Below, one piece after another: positions 30,183 through 41,063 of a stretch of 64,000 nt of DNA (within the stretch, counting starts at the first letter, position 1; the number at the start of each line of letters is the position of its first letter). Location: the NCBI GenBank assembly GCA_963798845.1, contig CAWCUS010000002.1:640001-704000 (forward strand), read 5' to 3'. The position numbers were made by a program, and so were the translations under genes. Below the pieces are notes generated by a model that had not been told where the DNA came from, did not search any database, and worked only from the letters and a program-made list of their open reading frames with translations. The stretch comes from an uncultured Gemmatimonadales bacterium. GTDB taxonomy: Bacteria > Gemmatimonadota > Gemmatimonadetes > Longimicrobiales > RSA9.

Positions 30183-33100
30183 TCAGTCGACAGGCGAATC
30201 CTCAGCCGTGCAGACCGTCATGTCCATCAGCGGCGCCGGCGTAGCCTTCTTGCTCTCGGCGCCGAACAGCCTGTACGAGACCGTCCCGCCTTCCCCCCTC
30301 AGGTTCACGCTCCACGTCCCGGTGGCCGCGGGCGTCAGCTCCTTCGTGACGCTCACCCCGTTCTGGATCTGGATCAGGCTCACGCCAGGGTCCGCGTTCT
30401 CCCACGCGATCTTGACCTGGAGCTGACCGCTGCGCGGGTGAGCCCTGTACGTGCAGCTGCTGCCGAACACGGGCGACCCGCCCCCGGTGACCTCGAAGCT
30501 CTGCTCATTTCCGTCGGCGGCCAGGTATTCCGTCCCCGCGGCCACGTGCGCCACCAGCGTGCACGTGCCCGCGGCATCGAAGCTCACGACACCGCCGCTC
30601 ACGGTGCAGACGCCGGTCGTGCTCGAGGTCGTGGACTTGGTCCCGTCACTCGGAGACGTGTACGTCGGCATGAAGGTCCCGCCGACCGTGGCGCTCGACG
30701 GCACGTTGTTGATGCTGACCGTGGTGGACGCCTTCGCGATGTTGAAGCTCTGCGAGAGCGGACCGGCGGACGTATAGCCGCCGACCGCGGCCTGCGACGC
30801 TACGATGATGCAGTGGCTCGGATCCACCGCCGCACCCGTGATCGTCACCATCCCGCCGGTGACCGAGCAGCCGGTGCTGCTCGTGTCCAGGGCGAAGGTG
30901 ATGGCCCCCGTGCTGTTGCTGCTGGTGTATCCGGCCACGCTGAACGGCGCGTCACCGTACGTCTTCGCCGGCAGTATCGAGAGATCGAAGGTGAAGTCCG
31001 GGGTGATCGGCGCGGCCGGGGACACGGTGATGTCCCGGGGGACCGCGTTCGCCGCCAGGTAGTTGCTGCCTTCTGCCACGTGCGCGGTGAGCGTGCAGGT
31101 CCCGGCGGCGATGTAGCTCACGTAACCGCTCGTCCCATTCACCGTGCAGATGCCGGTGGTGCTCGAACTCACCGAGGTGGCCCCGTCGCCGTCCGCCTCG
31201 ACCGTGGGCGTGAAGCCGCCGCCCACCGTGCCGCTGCTCGGCGTCCCCGGGGCGAAGGCCAGGTCCGGCACGGCCTTGTTGATCGTGAACGTCCCGGCCA
31301 CGTAGCTGAAGCTGTAGTTGGCCGAGGTGAGGCCGCTCGGCGTGATGGAGTACGTGCCCGCGTTCGTGGGCGGCGTCGTCGAGGAGCCGTAGCTCGTCCC
31401 GCCGGTCCCCGCGAACGTGTAGACGAGGCTCCCACCGAGCGCTGTCGAGTCCTCCGATCCTGCGAAGGTGCTGTAGCCAACGCCGAAAGTCGGCGTGGGA
31501 TCGAGGTAGGTGATGGTCTGGTTCTTGGCCGTCACGGTCAACGCCGCCTTCGCGATCTGGAAGCTCTGCGAGATCGGCCCCGCGGCCGCGTAGGTCCCAT
31601 CCGCCGCCAGCGACGCTGTGATCACACAGGATGCGGGATCCACCGCCGCCCCGGTGATCGTCACCTCACCCGCGGAGGTCACGGAGCAGCCGCTGCCCGC
31701 CCCGAGGGCGAACGTCACGGCCCCCGTGCTGTTCGTGCTCACATAAGGCGGGCCCGCCACGCTGAACGGCGCGTCACCGTACGTCTTCGCCGACAGCGTG
31801 CCGAGGTTGAAGGTGAAGTTCGGGGCGATCGGCGCGGCCGGGGACACCACGAAGCTCTGGGGACCGCCGTCGGCCGAGGTGAAGTTGGGGCCCTCCGCCA
31901 CGTGCGCCACGAGGGTGCAGGTCCCGGCGGCGATGTAGCTCACATCAAGGCCGCTCGCCGTGCAGACGGTCAGAGTGCTCGACGTCACCGATGTCGCCCC
32001 GTCTCCGTCCGTCTCGACCGTCGCCGGGAACCCGCCGCCGACCTGAGCACCCAACGGCAGTACTTGGATCACGACCTGCACGGGCGTGGCCTTCGCGATG
32101 TGGAAGCTCTGCGAGATCGGACCCGCGGCGGTGTAGACGCCGGCCGCCGCCAGCGACGCTTCGATCATGCAGTACGCGTCGCCGACTGCCGCGCCGGTGA
32201 TCGTCACCTGGCCCGCGGAGGTCACCGAGCAACCGGCGCTGCTGCTGCCCACGGCGAACGTGATGGCGCCAGTGCTGTTGGTGCTGTTCGTGTATCCGGC
32301 CACGCTGAACGGCCCGTCCCCGTATGTCTTCGACAGAGCGGGGAGGTTGAAAGTGAAGTTCGGCGTGATCGGGGACGGCGACGACACTGTGAAACTCTGC
32401 GGCGCGCCGTCGGCCGCGAGCCAGTTCGTTCCCGCGGCCACGTGCGCCACCACCGTGCAGGTGCCAGTGGCGATGTAGCTAACGACACCGCCGCTCACGG
32501 TGCAGACGCCGGTCGTGCTCGAGGTCGTGGACTTCGTCCCGTCACTCAGAGACGTGTACGTCGGCGTGAAGGTCCCGCCGACCGTGGCGCTCGATGGCAC
32601 GTTGTTGATGCTGACCGTGGTGGACGCCTTCGCGATGTTGAAGCTCTGCGAGATCGGCCCCGCGGCCGCGTAGGTCCCATCCGCCGCCAGCGACGCTGTG
32701 ATCACACAGGATGCGGGATCCACCGCCGCCCCGGTGATCGTCACCTCGCCCGCGGAGGTCACCGAGCAACCGGCGCTGCTCGCGCCCAGCGCGAACGTGA
32801 TCGCCCCGGTACTGTTGGTGCTGCTCGCGAAGCCCGCCACGCTGAACGCCGCGTCGCCGTACGTCTTCGCCGGCAGCGTCGAGAGGTTGAAGGTGAAGTC
32901 CGGCGTGGGGAGGGCCGCCGTCTCGTACGCGCCAATGTCGCACGCGTCACCCTGTGGCCGGCTCACGCCGCGCTGGTCGGTGTCGACGGTGCTACCACAG
33001 CCGATGGTGCCAGAGGGTATCTGGTCGATTGCCGCGCTCTCCGTGGCGAGGGCGTGGGTCCACGTGAAGCCGCCGTTGTCGGCCAACGGCCCGAGCCCCG

Positions 33101-35410
33101 GGTCAACGCCGACGATGTTCCCGTTGGCGCCGTCGGTGAACGAATGACCCGACGCGCTCTCGATCAACGTGTAGGTAGCCGTGACGCGCCCACTGGGATC
33201 CCCAAGGTCTGGTTTCGCATTCGAATCCGTAGTAACGCAGGTATTGTCCGCCAGGAGGGCCGCCGAGAGCACGGTCGCGCCCCCTTCAGCGTATACGCCA
33301 CCCCCCGTGTACGCGGAATTCCCCGCCACCGTGCTGAATTCGACGTTCAGCGTCCCGTCTGAGATGTAAACTCCACCACCGAGCCACGAGCCGCTGTTCC
33401 CGCTCACGGTGGAATTCCGCACCGTCGCCACGCCATTCGAGACGCGGATTCCGCCTCCGCCATGCGCACTGTTCCCGCTGATGGCGCTGTTCTCCACCAT
33501 CAAGGTCCCATAGCTGAAGCTGATCCCACCGCCATCCTGGATCCCGGCATCTCCGGAAAACGAGTTGCCCGTGATCGTGCTGTTCCGCACGGTGACGTTC
33601 GCTTGGAAGACGCTGATGCCTGCCCCGAAGAGGGAGACGTTGCTGCCACCCGTAACGGTGTTGTCTCTGACGACCATGCCTGTCCAGGAGCGCGGTGGCG
33701 TAGCTGATGTTCATTCCACCACCGTTAACACCGGTTGTACGCCCGTCGCGTACAGTCATCCCGTGCAACTCGACGACAATCGCCTCGGTAAAGTTGTAGA
33801 TCTCGAACACTCGATAGGAATTCTGACCCCGCAGAGAAAGGCTCTCGGCCCCGGGTCCGCGGATGATCAGCGATTTGTTGATGATCAGCGTCGACGCGAG
33901 ATCGATGTCACCGGTGACGGCGAACGTGATGGTGGCGCCGCTGCTGGCGTACGAGATCGCCTCGCGCAGCGTGCAGTCGCCCGTGTCGCAGGATCCGTCG
34001 GAGTGGTCCGCGCGCGTGTTCACCACGGGCGCGCCGGGATCCTGGGCCATGATCACCACCTTCTCGTACGCCCCCACGTCGCAGGCGGTGCCCTGCGGCC
34101 GCGTGATCCCACGCTGGTCGGTGCTGACGGCCGCACCCGTGTGGTCCGTGCAGCTGGCGGCGGGGATCTGGTCGAGCGCCGGGCTGCCCGGGAGCAGCGC
34201 GTACGTCGCCGTCGATCCGCCGTCCACGGTCAGCGCGCCCAGGCCGGCGCTGGCGACCCCCGTCTGGTCTCCGGTGGAGATGAAATTGGCCGTGAAATTC
34301 ACGTTGGCGCCGGCCGCTCCGACGAGATTGTAGCCCAGGCTCGAGAAGCCGCTGGAGCTGCTCGCCGCCACGTCGTTCGCCGTGCTGCCGTCCGAGAGCG
34401 TGTTGCCCCAGATGACGCTGCCCTTCACGTAGGTCTGCGTCGACCCGCTCTGGGTGGAGTAGATCCCCCCGCCCCCGACCGCCGCGGAGGTGCCCCCGCG
34501 GTTCCCGGTGATCGTGCTGAGGATGATGCGCGCGTCGCTCGAGGCGATCTTGATCCCGCCACCATAGCTCGCGGCCTGGTTCCCGGTCACGGTGCTGTTC
34601 ACCATCGTCAACGTGCCGGCATCGATGGAGAGCCCGGCGCCTGTTGCGGTCGCCGTGTTGTCGCTGATCGTGCTGTTCGTGACGATGAGCGTCCCTCTGT
34701 TCTCGATCCCCGCACCGAGCAACGCCTGGTTACCTGCTATGGTGCTGTTCGCGACGGTGAGGACGGCCCCGGCCTGGTTGTTGATCCCACCGGCACCGAG
34801 GGTCCCACCCTGATTGACGGCAATCTCGCTGTTCGTGACCGTCAGCGTTCCCCGGTTTTCGATCCCGCCCCCGGAATAGATGGCGGTGTTCACGGTGACG
34901 GCGCACGCGTCGAGCGTGACCGTCGCCCCGGCGCCGACGAAGACGCCGCCGCCATAGTAGTGGTAGCCGTTGGTGATGCCGAGTCCCGAGATCGAAACCG
35001 TCCCCGTCGATACGCTGAACACCTGGGCCACACGTCGGGGAGCCGGGCGCTCTGATGATCACCTTGTTGGCACCCGGTCCGGTGATGGTGAGGCTCCTGC
35101 CGATCGACAGGGCGCTTGACGCCAGGTTGAGCATTCTCGTGCCGGTGGCCGTCAGGGCGGGATCGAACGTGATCTCCGCGCCCGCGGACGCGAAGGCGAT
35201 CGCCTCCCGCAGCGTGCACTCGGTGTCGTCGCACGTCCCATCGCCGGGATCCGCGACGCTGTTCACCACGGGTGCGCTGGCGACCTGCATGGCCGGACCG
35301 TCGGGTCCCAGCAGGCTGGTCGGATCCCGGTCCTGGCATGCCAGGGCCAGGGTAGTCAGAAGAAGCACTCCGACCCGTGCGGGGCGGAGCAGAGAAGTCG
35401 TTCCAGCCAT
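30183..35410 (-). CDS. ~1740-aa surface lipoprotein/adhesin: two (CSLREA + beta-helix + choice-of-anchor Q) modules, Ig-like repeats and an MBG-like domain; two apparent +1 frameshifts (~35035 and ~33681)
   Basis: GGAGGT RBS, LALAC lipobox, CTLREAI twice, GGG-rich Pmp-like repeats, DQRG..RPQG..CD.GAYE twice, KTYGD repeats. Three ORFs (34730-35479, 33286-35031, 30183-33677) continue one another. Confidence 0.8.
30440..32910 (-). repeat. Intragenic domain repeats, two alternating unit types, about 4 copies each
   Basis: Unit A: TP.FTF.L..L..KTYGD...GP.SQSF.IAKA. Unit B: ..VGG.F.....DG....SST..VCT.SG...GTCT..AHVA.G. Confidence 0.9.
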
Positions 35411-35504
35411 GAGGACCTCCGGGGTGGCAGGCGCGCACCTTCGCGTGCCGCAGGGTGTCGGTTCCGTGCGCGGGGTCATGCCCGCACATGGAATCTGAGC
35501 CGCG

Positions 35505-35608
35505 ACCCTGACCGCACCCTGACCGCACCCTGACCTGCCGGGGAGTGGATGGCTCCGGAAGTCCTCGATTTCGGCCGAATCGGCCAGAAATCCTGACCGG
35601 ATCCTGAC
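35505..35608. promoter_or_regulatory. 11-bp-phased CCTGAC direct repeats, candidate SARP operator
   Basis: CCTGAC at 35507, 35518, 35529 and at 35592, 35603. Confidence 0.6.
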
Positions 35609-35829
35609 ATCGGGAGTGAACCGAACCCTTCAGACCGCTTGTTCCACCTGGACCCCGCCGGCCGCCGTCGTTCTGCTCCTCGCGTGCGGGCATGTGCGCA
35701 CCTCCCGTCCGCACGCTAGCCTCGCCGGGGCGAGGTGCTCAATAGCGGAATGGGGCGCATTGCGCCGGGGCGACGAACACGGGCGCGATCGGCTCCGGGC
35801 GGCTCACCGGCGACGTCAGCCCCGTCGCC

Positions 35830-37515
35830 TCAGGCAGGCGCCTTCTCCTTTGCGATCTCCCGTTCCCGCAGCTCCCGTCGCAGGATCTTCATCATGGAGC
35901 TCTTGGGGAGCTCAAACAGGAACTCGATGGAGCGTGGCACCTTGAAGGGTGCGAGCTGCTCGCGGCAGTAGGCGAGGATGGCCTCCTCGGTGGCGTCGTG
36001 CCCGGGCTTGAGGACCACGAACGACTTCACCGTCTCGCCTCGCCGCGGGTCGGGGACTCCGATGGTGGCGGCCTCGAGCACGGCGGGGTGGGCGTAGAGC
36101 ACCTGGTCGACCTCGTCGGGATAGACGTTGTAGCCGGACGCATCGATCATGTCCTTCTTGCGGCCGACGATGAAGGTGTAGCCGTCGTCGTCGACGCGGG
36201 CGAGGTCGCCGGTGAAGAGCCAGCCGTCGCGGAGCGTGGCGGCGGTTTCATCGGGGCGGTTCCAGTAGCCGACCATGACCTGCGGGCCGCGCAGGCAGAG
36301 CTCCCCTTCCTCGCCCAGCGGCAGCTCCGTCTCGCCGGTCTCCACGTCCACGACCTTCATGTTCGTGTTCGCCACCGGGATGCCCACGGAGCCGACCTTC
36401 CGGAGCCCGTAGAGCGGGTTGACGTGGGTGACGGGCGATGTCTCGGTGAGGCCGAAGCCCTCGGTGATCTTCCCGCCCGTCAGCTCCTCGAAGCGCTGGA
36501 GCACCTCCACGGGGAGCGGCGCGGAGCCGGAGAAGCACCCCTTGATGCTGGAGAGGTCGAGCTTCTCGACGCCCGGGTACTCGTTGATGGCGAGGAAGAG
36601 CGCGGGCACGGCCGGGAAGATGGTGACCCTGTAGCGGGTGATGCTCTTCACCAGGTCCTTGATGTCGCGCGGGTTGGGGGCGAGCACGATGTGGGCGCCG
36701 TGGACCACGGGCCAGAGCATGGACACGGTCATGCCGAACACGTGGAAGTACGGCAGGCACGCCAGCAGCGTCTCCCCGCCGGCTTCGAGCGACGGGAACC
36801 AGGCGCGGCACTGCTGCGCGTTCGCCGACAGGTTGCCGTGCGTGAGCATGGCGCCTTTCGACACGCCCGTGGTCCCGCCCGTGTACTGGAGCACGGCCAC
36901 GTGGTCCAGCGGAATGTCCACCGTGGGCGGCGACGGCGGATTGCCGGCGACGACGTCCTTGAAGAAGTGGACACCCTCCTCCTTCGGCACCTTCACGTAC
37001 TGCCCGGTCTTCTTCAGCTTCAGCGGCGCGAGCAGGTTGAGCGGGAAGGGGAGGTAGTCGGGGATCGAGGTGACGATGACGTGGCGGACCCCCGTCTTCT
37101 CGCGGATCCCGCGGAGCCGGTTCCACCACAGGTAGTCGAGCGTGACCACCACGCTCACGCCCGCGTCGTTGAACTGGTGCTCGACCTCCCGCTCGACGTA
37201 GAGGGGGTTGGTGTTCACCACCTGCGCGCCGAGGCGCAGCGTGGCGAAGTAGGCGATGACCATCTGCGGCAGGTTGGGGAGCCAGAGGGCGACGCGGCTG
37301 TCCCTCGTCACCCCGAGCGTCGCCAGCCCCGTAGCGAAGCGGTCCACCTGGTCCTTCAGCTGCACCCATGTGAGGGTCTTCCCCTTGAGCGTAACCGCGA
37401 GCCCGGAGCCCCACCGTTCCGCGGCCTCATCCAGGTAGTCCACCACCGTCTTCGCTTCCAGGTCCAGTCGGGGCGGGACTTCCGGCTCGTAGTGCTCGAT
37501 CCAGATCGGTTCCAT
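35830..37515 (-). CDS. Long-chain fatty acid--CoA ligase (FadD-like)
   Basis: LQYTGGTTGVSKGA, EGFGLTE, GPQVM.GYW, TGD, GRKKD. Confidence 0.95.
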   Translation of the reverse strand: MEPIWIEHYEPEVPPRLDLEAKTVVDYLDEAAERWGSGLAVTLKGKTLTWVQLKDQVDRFATGLATLGVTRDSRVALWLPNLPQMVIAYFATLRLGAQVVNTNPLYVEREVEHQFNDAGVSVVVTLDYLWWNRLRGIREKTGVRHVIVTSIPDYLPFPLNLLAPLKLKKTGQYVKVPKEEGVHFFKDVVAGNPPSPPTVDIPLDHVAVLQYTGGTTGVSKGAMLTHGNLSANAQQCRAWFPSLEAGGETLLACLPYFHVFGMTVSMLWPVVHGAHIVLAPNPRDIKDLVKSITRYRVTIFPAVPALFLAINEYPGVEKLDLSSIKGCFSGSAPLPVEVLQRFEELTGGKITEGFGLTETSPVTHVNPLYGLRKVGSVGIPVANTNMKVVDVETGETELPLGEEGELCLRGPQVMVGYWNRPDETAATLRDGWLFTGDLARVDDDGYTFIVGRKKDMIDASGYNVYPDEVDQVLYAHPAVLEAATIGVPDPRRGETVKSFVVLKPGHDATEEAILAYCREQLAPFKVPRSIEFLFELPKSSMMKILRRELREREIAKEKAPA

Positions 37516-38213
37516 GGTCGCCTCACCGCCAGAATGTGAACGAGCCGCTCGCTCAGCCGCAGCTCGATGAGTCCCCGGGCCGCCAGCGACAGAAGATCGT
37601 GCAGGAGGCCGCGGCCGCCGCCGGTCTTCTCTTCCGCGACGTCCGGCGGGAGCTCCACCACCACTCGCAGGACACCGCTCTCCTCCTCCAGCTCCACCGC
37701 CCCCGCGTGCGTCTCCACGAGCCGCCGGATCGGCTGGTTGCTGGCGAGCACATCCCCGCTGAAATGGCGGATGCCCCGCTCCCGGGCCGCCGCGGCCAGG
37801 CGCGCCAGCAGCAGCGTTCCGAGACCGCGGCCCTGCGCCGCATCGATCACCGTGACCGCCGCTTCCGCCACGGTCGGGTCCTCGGCGGTGCGGAGGAAGC
37901 GGGCCACGCCCAGCCCTTCGATCTCCCGCCCTTCGTCGTCCAGCCAGGCCGCGCCCAGGACGAAGTGGTCGCCGCCGCCGGCGCGGGTGAGGGCCGCCAC
38001 CTCCGCGTCGGAGAGCTCTGCTTTCTGGGTGAAGAACCGGCTGTAGCGCGACGCGGGCGAGAGGCGGGAGAAGCCCGCCCGGAGGAGATCGGCGTCGTCC
38101 GGCCGGAGCGGCCGCAGGAGCACGCGGGTGCCGTCCCCGAGGCGCGCTTCCTCGGCGTAATCCGGACCGAAGGCCCGATGGCCCTGCGGCGCGCTGCCGC
38201 GCTTCGTGGGCAT
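37356..38213 (-). CDS. GNAT N-acetyltransferase (Pat-type GNAT domain); true stop probably at 37523
   Basis: LGDG..V.LRPL.P.D, LS..SRY.RFF, AE.AVTV.D..QGRGLG. As read it overlaps the ligase by 160 nt; deleting one base at 37533-37534 gives a stop 7 nt before the ligase ATG. Confidence 0.85.
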   Translation of the reverse strand: MPTKRGSAPQGHRAFGPDYAEEARLGDGTRVLLRPLRPDDADLLRAGFSRLSPASRYSRFFTQKAELSDAEVAALTRAGGGDHFVLGAAWLDDEGREIEGLGVARFLRTAEDPTVAEAAVTVIDAAQGRGLGTLLLARLAAAARERGIRHFSGDVLASNQPIRRLVETHAGAVELEEESGVLRVVVELPPDVAEEKTGGGRGLLHDLLSLAARGLIELRLSERLVHILAVRRPWNRSGSSTTSRKSRPDWTWKRRRWWTTWMRPRNGGAPGSRLRSRGRPSHGCS

Positions 38214-38219
38214 CGCTCG

Positions 38220-40358
38220 CTACACCGCCGCCACCGCCGCCCGCACCCGCCCCGGGGTCATCGGCAGCGTGGTGAGCCTCGCCCCGGTCGCGTCGTGGAT
38301 GGCGTTGGCGATGACGGCGCCCATGATGGTGATGGCGGGCTCGCCTCCGCCCTGGGGGGAGAGGTCGGGGTTGTCCACGAGGATGACCTCGATCTCCGGT
38401 ACCCAGGAAAAGCGGGGCAGGTGGTAGGTGCCGAAGTTCTGGTCCAGGACCGCGCCGCCGCGGAAGCGAACCTCCTCGGCCAAAGCGTAGCCGAGGCCCA
38501 TGGTGATGCAGCTTTCCACCTGCATGGTCGCGCCTTCGGGGTTGATCACCTCGCCCATGTCCTGGGCGACGACGATCCGCTCCACGCGCACGCGGCCGCT
38601 CGGCCGGTCCACGGCCACCTGCGCGACCGCGGCGACCCACGTCCCGACCTCCAGCGCCGCCGCCACACCCACACCGCGCCCGGACGGCGCGGGCGCGAAT
38701 TCGCCGCCGAAGCGCTCTGCGGCGGAGCGCAGCGCCCGCACGGCGCGGGGATCGGCCAGGTGGTCGAGGCGGAAGCTCACCGGGTCCCTCCCCGCGAGCG
38801 CGGCCAGCGCATCGATCTGGGACTCCGCGGCGAACGTGTTGGTGTTGGCGCCGGGCGCCCGCCACGGCCCCACGGCCAGCGGCTGACCCTGCCCCTGTCG
38901 CTGCCATCCGCCCGCGGACGTCACGCGCACGTGCGGGAACCGGTACGCCGGCTCGGCGCCCCCGCTGCCGGCGTACAGCGTGTCCAGCTCCCAGAGCACG
39001 GGGCTGCCCGCGTCGTCGAGGGCCGCTGCGGCCTTCACAACGGCCGCCGGGCGGAAGCGGTCGTAGAAGAACTCCTCGCGCCGCGACCACATGACCTGTA
39101 CCGGCCGTCCGGCGAGCTTCGACAGCCTGGCCGCTTCCACGGCCTGCCGGTTGTACGTCTTGCCGCCGAAGCCGCCGCCGACGTAGGGCGTGATCACACG
39201 CACCTTGTCGGCCGGCACGCCCAGCGCTTCGGCCACCTGGTCGCGGCAAGGGAAGGGGGTCTGGGTCGATGCCCAGACCGTGGCGCCGTCGTCGTCCACG
39301 CGCGCGACGGCCGTGTGCGGCTCCATGGGCGCGTGCGCCACGAAGTGGTTGTAGTACGTGTTCTCCACGCGACGCGACCCGAGCCGCCGGCCCTCAGCCA
39401 CGCTCCCCTCCTCTGCGACCAGCTGCGCGGCCGGTGCCGACGCGGCGAGGTGCTCGAAGATGGACGCGTTGTCCACGGTCGCCTCCGGCTCGTCCCAGCG
39501 CGCCTCCAGCCGTGCGGCCGCGTCCATGGCCGCGTCCGGCAGCGGGTGCAGCACGGCGACCAGGTCGCCGTCGCGGACGACGCGGGAACCCTCCACAGCC
39601 TCGGCACCGCTCACATCCACGTCCAGCAGCTTTGCGCCGTGGACGGGCGGCCGGAGCGCGCTGGCGTAGAGCATGTCGGGGAGGCGGACGTCGCCCGCGT
39701 ACAGGGCGTCGCCCGTGACCTTGTCCCGGCCGTCCACGCGCCGCGTCGGCACGCCGCACACGGTGTGCTCCGCCATCGGCTGGAGCGGGACGGCGGTCGG
39801 GGCCTGGCCTTCCGTGGCGACGCCCTGTGCGGTCGCCGTCCGCTCCAGCCTGCGACCGCGGACCAGCTCGCCGTACCCGACGGAGCTGGACGGATCGCGC
39901 GTGTCGAAGATGCGGCCGTCACGCGTGTCGAGCCGGGCGACGGGGGCGCCCAGCCGCTCGCTCGCCAGCTCCAGCAGCGCGCTCCTCGCCTCGGCGCCGG
40001 CCCGGCGTAGCGGGGGCCCGAAGAAGCGGGTGGTCATGGAGCCGAAGGTGCCCATGTCCCAGGGGCACAGGTCGGTGTCGCCCATGACGGCGTCAATCGC
40101 GGCGAGCGGGACGTCGAGCTCCTCGGCCAGCATCTGCGGCAGCGATGTGTTCACGCCCTGGCCCATCTCGATCTTCCCCGTGAACAGGGACACCCGGCCA
40201 TCCTCGCCGATGCGCAGGTACGCGTTCAGGTCGGTCGGGTAGCCGCGCTGCTGATCTGCCGGCAGCGCAGCGAGGAGGTCGGAGACGTCCACGGAGAACA
40301 GCACCGTGAGGCCGCCGCCCAGGACGGCCACGAACTCCCGCCGGTCCATGGTGCTCAC
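38220..40358 (-). CDS. Molybdopterin oxidoreductase large subunit (IorB / xanthine dehydrogenase family), Tat-exported
   Basis: DRREFV Tat motif, EMGQG, HAPMEP, GGGFGGK, WRAPG, GGGEP; GTGA overlap with the upstream gene. Confidence 0.93.
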   Translation of the reverse strand: MSTMDRREFVAVLGGGLTVLFSVDVSDLLAALPADQQRGYPTDLNAYLRIGEDGRVSLFTGKIEMGQGVNTSLPQMLAEELDVPLAAIDAVMGDTDLCPWDMGTFGSMTTRFFGPPLRRAGAEARSALLELASERLGAPVARLDTRDGRIFDTRDPSSSVGYGELVRGRRLERTATAQGVATEGQAPTAVPLQPMAEHTVCGVPTRRVDGRDKVTGDALYAGDVRLPDMLYASALRPPVHGAKLLDVDVSGAEAVEGSRVVRDGDLVAVLHPLPDAAMDAAARLEARWDEPEATVDNASIFEHLAASAPAAQLVAEEGSVAEGRRLGSRRVENTYYNHFVAHAPMEPHTAVARVDDDGATVWASTQTPFPCRDQVAEALGVPADKVRVITPYVGGGFGGKTYNRQAVEAARLSKLAGRPVQVMWSRREEFFYDRFRPAAVVKAAAALDDAGSPVLWELDTLYAGSGGAEPAYRFPHVRVTSAGGWQRQGQGQPLAVGPWRAPGANTNTFAAESQIDALAALAGRDPVSFRLDHLADPRAVRALRSAAERFGGEFAPAPSGRGVGVAAALEVGTWVAAVAQVAVDRPSGRVRVERIVVAQDMGEVINPEGATMQVESCITMGLGYALAEEVRFRGGAVLDQNFGTYHLPRFSWVPEIEVILVDNPDLSPQGGGEPAITIMGAVIANAIHDATGARLTTLPMTPGRVRAAVAAV

Positions 40359-40834
40359 GACGCACCTCCCTTCATCGCACGCGCGGCGGTGCGGACGGCC
40401 TGCACCACCCGGACATGGGTGCCGCAACGGCAGAGGTGCGGCTCGAGCCCCGCCCGGATCTGCTCGTCCGTCGGGTCCGGCGTCTGCCGCAGCAGCGCCA
40501 CCGCTCCCATGATCATCCCGGGCGTGCAGTACCCGCACTGGAGCGCGTCGTGGTCCACGAACGCCTGCTGGACCGGGTGCAGCTCGCCGTCGGCGGCCAG
40601 CCCCTCGATGGTGAGGATCTCCGCGCCGTCCACTCCGGTCACCGGCATGATGCACGAGCGCACCGGGCTCCCGTTCACCAGCACGGTGCAGGCGGCGCAA
40701 TGGCTTTCGCCACAGCCGTACTTGGTGCCGGTGAGTCCGAGGTCGGTGCGGAGGACCCAGAGGAGGCGGCGCCCCGGATCCACATCGATCTCCGTGGGTC
40801 GGCCGTTGAGGGTGAATCGGACGGTGCGCCGCAT
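40355..40834 (-). CDS. 2Fe-2S subunit (IorA/CoxS family)
   Basis: GTKYGCG..HCAACTV, QCGYCTPG, CRCG. Confidence 0.95.
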   Translation of the reverse strand: MRRTVRFTLNGRPTEIDVDPGRRLLWVLRTDLGLTGTKYGCGESHCAACTVLVNGSPVRSCIMPVTGVDGAEILTIEGLAADGELHPVQQAFVDHDALQCGYCTPGMIMGAVALLRQTPDPTDEQIRAGLEPHLCRCGTHVRVVQAVRTAARAMKGGAS

Positions 40835-41063
40835 GGCCGTGCTCCGGTCCCTGAAGGTGGTGGGTGTCGCTTCGCCGGAGGGCCGAGGGGCGCGGTCCCT
40901 GGGTCAACGAATAGGCAGAGGCGTGGATGGACACAAGAGAACGGCGGCGGCCGGGACGCCGCGGACGGGACGCCGACATTGTGTGAAGCTGCGCCGTCGT
41001 GGCAACGTAGACGAAGGGTCTCCCCCGCAGGCGAGGCATCCGTCCACCCGAGAAGGGAGCGCG

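Noticed and set aside
29943..33362. 1139-aa plus-strand Arg-rich repetitive ORF
   Set aside because: Shadow of the minus-strand adhesin repeats.
30183..35410. Diversity-generating retroelement or phase-variation tract in the adhesin
   Set aside because: No reverse transcriptase, repeat differences are not adenine-specific, and frameshift sites are not long simple repeats.
37516..39249. N-terminal extension making a 1139-aa acyl-CoA ligase
   Set aside because: Alternative frame over the GNAT and Mo-subunit genes; ligase starts at 37515.
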